Source: a virus (taxonomy: Duplodnaviria; Heunggongvirae; Uroviricota; Caudoviricetes). From it: a DNA stretch of 34,146 nucleotides. A program made the position numbers and the translations under genes. Under the pieces are notes generated by a model. It saw only the letters and a program-made list of their open reading frames with translations, was not told where the DNA came from and did not search any database. The stretch is taken from IMG/VR virus record IMGVR_UViG_3300021963_000033; one strand, given 5' to 3'. How positions within the stretch are numbered: the stretch's first letter is position 1; every line of letters starts with the position of its first letter. Shown one piece after another: positions 1-6,910 of this stretch.

Positions 1-1282
1 TGTCTTTTACTACACCCTGAACGAAAGTCTCTGGTGATTGATTATACTGCATAATGATTGATGGATACAGCGAGGTAGCATCAAACGAAACCACCCAGTC
101 ATACCTACCTGCCTTTGGTTCTTGCACATATGCGCCTTCAATAGTCCGACCCCTGTTTTCTTTCTTCTGGGGAATCTGAATATTTTGATCATGAAGATGA
201 TTGTAAATAATACAATCCCACGTGCGAACCTGCGAGAAAACATCAGTATAATTACACTTAGCATCGTATGCCATCGTAAGCACAAGTTCAATCAGTTTCA
301 TCTTGCGCTCGAGTTCGTCAACGATCTCAACGTCGATGATGTTATATTCGACGAACCGTGTCCAGTCTTTTGTGTAGAACTCGCGGAATGTTTCATACGG
401 ATGTTCAAGTTTTTTCTTACCAAGTTCTTCCTTGGCAATGTGATCCAACTTGTAACTCTCTTGCCGAGTATACGTAAACTTCTTATAGAGATCGAGATAA
501 TCGATAACTGCAACGCCAGTAATATCATACGAGATATGTTCGCGACCCATGATTGTCAAATTCTTACGACGAACCAGACCCCATGGCGAGAACTTCTTGC
601 GCATGGTTGTATCTTCTTCGGTGCAGAACAGACGATCGATCCGAGAGATTAGATACGCAATGTCGAACAGTTCACAGTTCCAACCTGTGATAATATCTGG
701 ATGATCATCAGAATAAAAACGCAGAAAGGTTTCTAGCAAGTCACGTTCATCATCACATTTCACATAGAGAAACTTGTTACCAGCATCCCTCAGGGTCTGA
801 ACAATCTCAGAGTTCTTGTCATCAAAATCACCACAACCGAATGTGGTAATCTGTCGAGTGATAAGATTCTTGACAGTGATCAGGAGAACACTTTCAATAG
901 GATTGTTTACATCAGGAAACCCCTGTTCGGCAGAAGTCTCAATATCGACAGTCTGAATATTAAGTTGAGACATATCCCACTGAATTTCTCCAGGATACTT
1001 CTTTGTGATATATTGGTAACCATAGTTGGTCTGACCAAAGATCTCAAAGTTGTCTACTTGACCATATGCCTGAACAAACTGCTTGGCAGCATTGTTGTCC
1101 TCGAAGTCGATCGGTTGGAGATCTTCTCCATACAGAGACTTGTATTCTGTTTTTTCACCACCCTTGGATTTTACAAACAGGGTGGGACTGAAGTCATCTC
1201 GCTTGGTAAAGCGCACACCGTTATGTACTCCACGGACAAGAACCTTGGAACCATATTGGTGTGCGCATGTATAAAATTTCAT
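1..1282 (-). CDS. gp43: Family B DNA polymerase, T4 gp43-like (partial, runs off the left edge)
   Basis: Absent from the ORF track because no stop lies in the window. Segments translated by hand: start MKFYTCAHQYGSKVLVRG (ATG at 1282, SD GAGGGA), ExoI-like TVDIETSAEQGFPD, and polymerase motif A YDWVVSFDATSLYPSIIMQYNQSPET, all in one frame. Confidence 0.97.
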   Translation of the reverse strand, partial: MKFYTCAHQYGSKVLVRGVHNGVRFTKRDDFSPTLFVKSKGGEKTEYKSLYGEDLQPIDFEDNNAAKQFVQAYGQVDNFEIFGQTNYGYQYITKKYPGEIQWDMSQLNIQTVDIETSAEQGFPDVNNPIESVLLITVKNLITRQITTFGCGDFDDKNSEIVQTLRDAGNKFLYVKCDDERDLLETFLRFYSDDHPDIITGWNCELFDIAYLISRIDRLFCTEEDTTMRKKFSPWGLVRRKNLTIMGREHISYDITGVAVIDYLDLYKKFTYTRQESYKLDHIAKEELGKKKLEHPYETFREFYTKDWTRFVEYNIIDVEIVDELERKMKLIELVLTMAYDAKCNYTDVFSQVRTWDCIIYNHLHDQNIQIPQKKENRGRTIEGAYVQEPKAGRYDWVVSFDATSLYPSIIMQYNQSPETFVQGVVKD

Positions 1283-1307
1283 ATAAATCCCTCGTCATTC
1301 AAATACT

Positions 1308-1336
1308 ACTATACTATAAAACATAACAAAAGTAAA
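1308..1336 (-). promoter_or_regulatory. Sigma70-type promoter for gp43
   Basis: TTTACT-17 nt-TATAGT on the minus strand in the intergenic gap. Confidence 0.6.
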
Positions 1337-1341
1337 GGGAT

Positions 1342-1986
1342 TTATCGTAACTTATATCCTAACTTCGCTTCGAGTTGATCAAGAGTTACCTTCTCGATTT
1401 GAGACTTAGGAACTAGATTGTTGACAGTATATGCAACTGTGCTACCATCTTTGAGGTATACGACTTTGTAAAGCATGTCAGGAACAGGGACTTGCCCCTT
1501 ACCCAACTTCTTTGGTGCCTTTGAATACTGTGCACCAGTTACGACCCATTTGAATGGCATGTCACGAACTTGGTCTTCAAGCAAACGCCAAGCGACACGA
1601 TTGACAGAAGGCAATTGCGGTGTCATGTTTGTCATGAAGAAAGTATCTGACATTTCATTTGGATCATCCGCATTTGCTGCAGGAACCATGTGCCCACGGT
1701 CATAACCAGAGTTGGTGTAGTCAGCAGGCGTCGGCGAGTCTGCGATGCGCTTGTCCGCACGGAAGTCATCGGTGCGTGGAGTTTTCTTCAAACGTTCTTG
1801 TGCGATTTCGGTCGACAAGATATTAGCATTGCGGTCATCGTCATATACGATTGCGAAGAATGAGTTGCAGAGAACCTTAGTGTTTGGAACTACGATTTCC
1901 TTACCATTCGGATAGAACTGATCGCATGGTGAAGCGAATGCTGTTCCTGGAATCAGGAATAATGCGAGAGCGATTAATGGTTTCAT
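1342..1986 (-). CDS. DNA/RNA non-specific endonuclease (NucA/EndA-like) with signal peptide
   Basis: DRGH active-site motif (GYDRGHMVPA), TFFMTNMTPQ...NR..W..LE, and N-terminal MKPLIALALFLIPGTAFA. Confidence 0.9.
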   Translation of the reverse strand: MKPLIALALFLIPGTAFASPCDQFYPNGKEIVVPNTKVLCNSFFAIVYDDDRNANILSTEIAQERLKKTPRTDDFRADKRIADSPTPADYTNSGYDRGHMVPAANADDPNEMSDTFFMTNMTPQLPSVNRVAWRLLEDQVRDMPFKWVVTGAQYSKAPKKLGKGQVPVPDMLYKVVYLKDGSTVAYTVNNLVPKSQIEKVTLDQLEAKLGYKLR

Positions 1987-2282
1987 ATGATAATCTTACT
2001 TTCTGGAACAACCAGACCTGAACCACACCGAGTGTTATACTCGTTTAGCATACCAGTCTCTGGTTCAAAAATTGTGATAACTGCACCTTCGCGAAGAGGA
2101 ACTACATCGTTTTTCGCGTATGGACAGAATGGTGCTAGACCTATGCCGAATTGATTATTCTGATTCGGAATCATCATAATTTGCAGCGGTTTCTTTAGAA
2201 TGATAAGACCATCAATTGTCTCATCGATATCAGCGATAATTTCATCACCGCTTAGTAGTTTCACACATCTAATATTGCTCAT
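1983..2282 (-). CDS. Conserved T4-like hypothetical protein, probable Sm-like fold
   Basis: KLLSGDEIIA...KP...LAPF...Y pattern, usual position downstream of hsp20, stop overlaps the nuclease start. Confidence 0.7.
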   Translation of the reverse strand: MSNIRCVKLLSGDEIIADIDETIDGLIILKKPLQIMMIPNQNNQFGIGLAPFCPYAKNDVVPLREGAVITIFEPETGMLNEYNTRCGSGLVVPESKIII

Positions 2283-2302
2283 GTATTCACTTTCATTGTT
2301 AT

Positions 2303-2331
2303 TGGTGGGCGAGAATTAATCCCGCCCACCA
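2303..2331. terminator. GC-rich stem-loop (terminator or processing/stabilising hairpin)
   Basis: TGGTGGGCGAGA-ATTAA-TCCCGCCCACCA inverted repeat. No clear U-tract follows on the minus strand. Confidence 0.5.
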
Positions 2332-2343
2332 GATTTAAATTAT

Positions 2344-2442
2344 TTAGATTGTTAGGATTGCATAACCCATGATCATTAGCAAACTTGCTACTGTGATGTG
2401 GGCAGCACGAGAAACTGGTAAAACATACTTGTGATTAAACAT
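2344..2442 (-). CDS. 32-aa small membrane protein (not in ORF track)
   Basis: MFNHKYVLPVSRAAHITVASLLMIMGYAILTI*. Its ATG overlaps the hsp20 stop (TAATG), the C-terminal half is hydrophobic, and it fills the gap exactly. Confidence 0.6.
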   Translation of the reverse strand: MFNHKYVLPVSRAAHITVASLLMIMGYAILTI

Positions 2443-2930
2443 TACTTAGTTTTACCTTCTGCTAAGAATTCCGCAGCTTGCGATGGATACTCATTATCCT
2501 CATCGCTAATGTCGATTTTCTTTGCTTTCTTTTCTTCTGGAATAAATGCCTCGAGAAAGATCTTTAGCATACCATTTACCAGAGAAGAACTCTTTACCTC
2601 GACGTTATCCGCGAGAGTGAATTCACGCTTGAATCCTCGCTCAGCAATTCCCTTGTAGAGATATTGCTCTGGATCAGGTGTTTCACAATTTCCTTTGATG
2701 GACAACTTGCCTTCTTGCAATTCAATATCAATATCCGTCTTACCAAAACCAGCAACTGCCAGTTCGATTACGTAGCGATCTTCATCGACCTTCTTGATAT
2801 TATATGGGGGATATTTTACTGGCATCATTTGCGACGATTGATCAGCAATATCTGCTAATCTTTTCATGACGCGATCTGCGCCAACGAAATAACGGTCGAA
2901 GTCTGCCAAATTAGTTGTATTAAATTTCAT
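2442..2930 (-). CDS. hsp20: Small heat-shock protein (IbpA-like Hsp20)
   Basis: YPPYNI, ELAVAGF, YLYKGIAERGFKREFTL, NGML, C-terminal IDI motif, SD AGGAG. Confidence 0.96.
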   Translation of the reverse strand: MKFNTTNLADFDRYFVGADRVMKRLADIADQSSQMMPVKYPPYNIKKVDEDRYVIELAVAGFGKTDIDIELQEGKLSIKGNCETPDPEQYLYKGIAERGFKREFTLADNVEVKSSSLVNGMLKIFLEAFIPEEKKAKKIDISDEDNEYPSQAAEFLAEGKTK

Positions 2931-2936
2931 AATTGT

Positions 2937-2990
2937 TCTCCTATTGTAGCGAGATTAAAAAAGAGTGGAGTCCGAAGCACTCCACCCTTT
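2937..2990 (-). ncRNA. Putative ROSE-like RNA thermometer (two-hairpin hsp20 5' UTR)
   Basis: Stable C(UUCG)G hairpin at 2961-2990, then UCUC-G-CUA/CAA/UAGGAGA at 2937-2954 pairing UCGCU with the SD and leaving a bulged G. Confidence 0.65.
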
Positions 2991-3020
2991 ATTTATACTA
3001 TACTTTTAGAAGAAAGTCAA
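2990..3020 (-). promoter_or_regulatory. Overlapping sigma70-type promoter and T4 late promoter for hsp20
   Basis: TTGACT (3020-3015)-17 nt-TATAAA. The -10 box is part of TATAAATA (2997-2990). Confidence 0.75.
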
Positions 3021-3437
3021 TTATTTTTTGCGACCAATGTTATATTTCTGAACAAGTTCCCACTCATTCTTTTCCTTGAACGCAATTACTTTAATCTGAT
3101 TCAGTGGCGCTTTGTCTTCATGAATCTCTGGATTTAGAATAGTAATTAAACCCCAATCCGAAAGAAGATGTGCTACCGTGTTTCTGCGTTGTAAATCATT
3201 GTCACTAAAGTCTGCATCTTTACCATCCAAGGCAAAGAGTTCTTTAAAGTGCACAATGAAATATCTGCCCTGCTTGTGTAGAATGTGACATGATTGATAA
3301 AGAATCTTTTCTTTTCTTGATGCGACACCAATACGGGAAAGGGTCTCGCGAACCTTCAAGAAGTCATCAGGATTCTTTAAGTTGACTTCCAACGGTGCGT
3401 ACCCTGGAAAGTCAATGTCAAAAAAATCTTCGCTCAT
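3021..3437 (-). CDS. regA: Translational repressor RegA
   Basis: DDFLKVRETLSRIGVASRK..LYQSCHILHKQGRYFIVHFKELFALDG. Confidence 0.97.
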   Translation of the reverse strand: MSEDFFDIDFPGYAPLEVNLKNPDDFLKVRETLSRIGVASRKEKILYQSCHILHKQGRYFIVHFKELFALDGKDADFSDNDLQRRNTVAHLLSDWGLITILNPEIHEDKAPLNQIKVIAFKEKNEWELVQKYNIGRKK

Positions 3438-3889
3438 TTTTTACCACCTTTAAACAATTTCTCTTTTATATATTTTTTTTGTTCTTCAGAGAGAATTGTG
3501 AGTGCTTGGCGAGCCTTGTCATTGCTGTAACCATAATACTCTTTCACCATCTCCACTTCGGCATCGTCCTCGATTTTGATCCATTTATCAAAACGTTTTC
3601 TAGCGCGAATAGTATTTATAAGATACATGTTTTGCATGCTCTTATCGAGATGGGGACGGCAGTTCATTTCATTGGCAGGGTGAGCAGTGTCGATACTGAA
3701 TGTTAAACCGCGATTAATAATCCAAGGATTGTATTGTTTCTCGGACCAATCATCGACAATCAGATTCTTCTTTTCATAGTTTATATCTTTGATGAAGTCG
3801 AAGGGAGATATACCCTTCTTCTTTTCTTTGTACTCCTCAGCATCATATTCAACTTTTGGAGCACCCAATCCATCGAGCACTCCAGTCAT
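3434..3889 (-). CDS. gp62: Clamp loader small subunit gp62
   Basis: YNPWIINRGL, ANEMN, VKEYYGYSNDKA. Start placed at the ATG overlapping the gp44 stop. Confidence 0.93.
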   Translation of the reverse strand: MTGVLDGLGAPKVEYDAEEYKEKKKGISPFDFIKDINYEKKNLIVDDWSEKQYNPWIINRGLTFSIDTAHPANEMNCRPHLDKSMQNMYLINTIRARKRFDKWIKIEDDAEVEMVKEYYGYSNDKARQALTILSEEQKKYIKEKLFKGGKK

Positions 3890-4830
3890 TATTTCCACTC
3901 CATTCCTGCCATAATTTCAGCAAGGCATGCAACAAGATTGATCTCAGGATTAGCAGCAAACGCTGCCTTATACTGATAATCTGCAAGCAGCAGAACCAAC
4001 TGCGAAGGATACTTGACATCATCTAGAATGGTATCATAGATCTTGCGGAAGATGAGATTTGGGTCATTGTCGATATTATCGACTACCCAGTTACGCATCT
4101 TCTTGAAGTCTTTGCCTTTCAACGAAGCGACAAGTTCTTTCATGTTGACTTCTTGAACATTGACGAGGATACCTTCATCAATAGTTCCGGAAACACTGTA
4201 CCGTTGCAGTTCGTTTAGAACACGGCGATAGTCAGGAAAATGCTTTTTGAGAACTTCGGCGACAACCTTCTCATCGAATGCAACATTCTCAGTAGCAAGG
4301 ATGTCAGATAGACGCTTCATGAAACGACCTGCCATCTTAGGACGGTCTGCCTTTGTCAACTTAAATTCGATGACAGCAGTTCGACTGTGAAGAGGAGCGA
4401 TGATTCGGTTCTTAAAGTTACACGTGAAGATAAACCGACAGTTGTTTGCAAACTCTTCGATAAATGCACGCAATGCAGGTTGAGTAGAGTTTGGATTCAG
4501 ATAGTCTGCCTCATCAAGGATGACTACCTTAGTCTTACCACCAAAGGAAACCGACGAAGCGAACTCTCGAATCTTGGTGCGGAGAACATCAATGCCTGAT
4601 TCTTCTGAACCGTTGATAATAATGTAGTCACATTCAAGTTCTTCGCAAATCGCTCGAGCAATCGTAGTCTTACCAACACCTGCTGAACCGCAGAGAAGCA
4701 TGTTGGGAATTTCGCCAGTCGCAACGAACTCGCGAAATGTCTTTAGTTGATCATCGGGGAGAATGCAGTCATCGAGTTTACGAGGACGATACTTCTCGCA
4801 CCATAAAAACTGTTCTTTTGATACGTTCAT
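3889..4830 (-). CDS. gp44: Clamp loader large subunit gp44 (AAA+)
   Basis: LWCEKYRP, Walker A GSAGVGKT, Walker B ILDEAD. Confidence 0.97.
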   Translation of the reverse strand: MNVSKEQFLWCEKYRPRKLDDCILPDDQLKTFREFVATGEIPNMLLCGSAGVGKTTIARAICEELECDYIIINGSEESGIDVLRTKIREFASSVSFGGKTKVVILDEADYLNPNSTQPALRAFIEEFANNCRFIFTCNFKNRIIAPLHSRTAVIEFKLTKADRPKMAGRFMKRLSDILATENVAFDEKVVAEVLKKHFPDYRRVLNELQRYSVSGTIDEGILVNVQEVNMKELVASLKGKDFKKMRNWVVDNIDNDPNLIFRKIYDTILDDVKYPSQLVLLLADYQYKAAFAANPEINLVACLAEIMAGMEWK

Positions 4831-5533
4831 TTTTCACTTCTTCCATAATGTTATACTTGGGAGACCATCCCAAGTTTCTTAATTTTGAATTGTCAGCATG
4901 TGTAACAATTCGTTCACCAGTCACTTCACGAATAGGGACATCACGATATCCATATTCACGAGCAACATCAACAACAGAGACAGGATTTCCTGTCCCAATA
5001 TCCAGTGTACCCTGAATACGGGTATCTGTCAATATAATTTTTATCGCTGAAACAACATCTTCAACATGAGTCCAGTCACGTTTATGATCAGTAAGATACT
5101 CGACTTTGTCATTGAGCATCATGTCATAGAACATATCGGGACGAGAGTCAGGTCCATAGACAGTGTGGAAGCGCATTCCTACTGAATATTTTGGAGCAAC
5201 TTCTTCCATTACCTTCTTGCTAGTAGCGTATGGATTCTGCCACCACTCATAGATTGAAGAAGAGGAAGCGTAAACGCACCGAAGATTGAGACGATCGCAT
5301 TCCGAAAAGACTTGCATCGATCCTTTAACATTCACGTCCCAATATTCTTCAGGGTCTAACCAACTCTTACGCACACCTGCTAGTGCGGCAAGATGCAGGA
5401 CTGCTCCGTAATATTCTGAGATCTTAAATTCTCGAATATCTCCCTCATAAGGAATCACCTCGAAGGAGTCGGACAGAATGCGTAAAGCATTCCGCCCGAT
5501 AAATCCTTCATGCCCTGTAATCAGAACCTTCAC
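4778..5533 (-). CDS. NAD-dependent epimerase/dehydratase (extended SDR)
   Basis: ITGHEGFIG, HLAA, YASSSS, YATSK, RFHTVYGP, RDWTHVEDV, GTG start. Confidence 0.9.
   Translation of the reverse strand: MKVLITGHEGFIGRNALRILSDSFEVIPYEGDIREFKISEYYGAVLHLAALAGVRKSWLDPEEYWDVNVKGSMQVFSECDRLNLRCVYASSSSIYEWWQNPYATSKKVMEEVAPKYSVGMRFHTVYGPDSRPDMFYDMMLNDKVEYLTDHKRDWTHVEDVVSAIKIILTDTRIQGTLDIGTGNPVSVVDVAREYGYRDVPIREVTGERIVTHADNSKLRNLGWSPKYNIMEEVKNERIKRTVFMVREVSSS
5004..5032 (-). promoter_or_regulatory. Possible internal sigma70-type promoter for gp44-gp62-regA
   Basis: TTGACA-17 nt-TACACT with GG before the -10, like the other phage promoters. It lies inside the epimerase CDS. Confidence 0.45.
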
Positions 5534-5539
5534 GCAGAG

Positions 5540-5722
5540 TTATCCAACCCTGACAGTAAATTCAAAATCATTCAATACCAGAAACTTATTAAACTGGCGA
5601 ACGATTTCTTCTGGGTTATGATCAAGTTCAACATCAAATTCGATATTGGCACTACGATTTAGATGCCCATCCTCATTGTTATATGGGACGCGACCGCTGA
5701 AACTAATTTCCAACTTATTCAT
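5540..5722 (-). CDS. Hypothetical protein (60 aa)
   Basis: Fills the gap between gp45 and the epimerase, SD GGAG before ATG 5722. Confidence 0.65.
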   Translation of the reverse strand: MNKLEISFSGRVPYNNEDGHLNRSANIEFDVELDHNPEEIVRQFNKFLVLNDFEFTVRVG

Positions 5723-5734
5723 GTTACTCTCCAA

Positions 5735-6394
5735 TTAAACTACTGACGATGGTTCCATCGCCAACCAATACTCAAGGTTCTTGGTTGCATGTTTAAAGTG
5801 CATTGCTTTCTTACGACCAAGAGCAACTGTGTAGTCATCAGTAATGACCTTCAGATTCTCAACCTTGAGTCGACAATCAAAGTCACCAACATCAGTTGTA
5901 GTCAATTCCTTACGATACGCATTCGCACGTGGATTGCTTGGGTCGCTAACGCTCAATGTCACCTTACCATCCTTAGAGACAATGCTCATAGTTGGTGCCG
6001 ATAGAACGTTCGCTGCCTTCTGCACCATGCTAATTTCAGCAGCAGTCAGGGTGAAGTCGAAGAATGGATCAATCTCGAGAGTCTTGTCTGGCGCAGCAGT
6101 AACTACACTGGGATCAGCATAACCATACTCAAACTCAGACTTGCCTTCGCGAAGGAACATACCTGTTTCTTCAAAATCAATCTCAGGATTTTCCCAGAGA
6201 CTCAGCAACGCAAGGAAGTTGTTCAAGTCATAGACCGCAAACTCACGGTCAAAAGTTTCTGCGACTGTTGCGCGAGAGAGGATATTCTTACCCGCACTGA
6301 CGGTGGATAGAACATTACCCTGACGCACGAGGATATTAGTATTAATACTTGCAAAGTTCTTTAGCAGTGCAAGAGTATCGGATGAAATCTTCAT
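5735..6394 (-). CDS. gp45: Sliding clamp gp45
   Basis: MKISSDTLALLKNFASIN, FAVYDLNNFL, YWLAME, synteny with gp44/gp62. Confidence 0.96.
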   Translation of the reverse strand: MKISSDTLALLKNFASINTNILVRQGNVLSTVSAGKNILSRATVAETFDREFAVYDLNNFLALLSLWENPEIDFEETGMFLREGKSEFEYGYADPSVVTAAPDKTLEIDPFFDFTLTAAEISMVQKAANVLSAPTMSIVSKDGKVTLSVSDPSNPRANAYRKELTTTDVGDFDCRLKVENLKVITDDYTVALGRKKAMHFKHATKNLEYWLAMEPSSVV

Positions 6395-6400
6395 AATATA

Positions 6401-6901
6401 TTAGTCCTTTTTCTTTTTAGTTTTCTTACTGGTTTCTTCAGTAAATTGAATTATACCTGGAATAGTGTCGGAAGTCAATAGAGAAGTGGTTCCCATGTTA
6501 TGTTCGTTCCAGTTGGGGGCAATCATATGTGCTGATTTGAAATCAATAGTATCCGAAAGCGACAACGAGGTCTTCAATTTGTAAGGTTTACTATTGACTT
6601 TTTCAAATGGATCAGGTATACTACTCTGTTGTTCCTTGTCATGCACATGCATCGCAATGATTGCATAGTGAATAACTTTCAACAAATCCTTACGCCAGTC
6701 TTCAGGTGTTCCTTTATGACCATAGCGTTGGGCATACTTCAGGATATTGCCTACAGTAAAACCAATACCATGACCACCGTCGATAATAAACTCGGTTGCT
6801 TGGTATTGATTCTGCGAGTAATGCTCACCATAGGTGGCATTAATATATTGGGTAATCTCCCGTAGGAGATCACCCTCGTCATACTTGTAATTAATTGTCA
6901 T
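6401..6901 (-). CDS. DUF3310-like protein with C-terminal extension
   Basis: TYGEHYS, GFTVGNILKYAQRYGHK, DLLKVIHYA. Confidence 0.8.
   Translation of the reverse strand: MTINYKYDEGDLLREITQYINATYGEHYSQNQYQATEFIIDGGHGIGFTVGNILKYAQRYGHKGTPEDWRKDLLKVIHYAIIAMHVHDKEQQSSIPDPFEKVNSKPYKLKTSLSLSDTIDFKSAHMIAPNWNEHNMGTTSLLTSDTIPGIIQFTEETSKKTKKKKD
6450..6478 (-). promoter_or_regulatory. Sigma70-type promoter for gp45 (inside the DUF3310 tail)
   Basis: TTGACT-TCCGACACTATTCCAGG-TATAAT. Confidence 0.75.
6594..6622 (+). promoter_or_regulatory. Antisense sigma70-type promoter
   Basis: TTGACT-TTTTCAAATGGATCAGG-TATACT on the + strand, with the same TTGACTTTT...GG-TA signature as the sense promoters. Confidence 0.55.
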
Positions 6902-6910
6902 TATGTCTCC

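Noticed and set aside
10-1378. ORF-track entries at 10..291, 122..652, 298..528, 965..1378 and 1083..1274
   Set aside because: They are shadow frames of gp43, which occupies 1..1282 on the minus strand with clear PolB motifs.
3613-3620. TATAAATA inside gp62
   Set aside because: It is intragenic in AT-rich coding sequence about 180 nt from regA. It could be real but cannot be told from chance.
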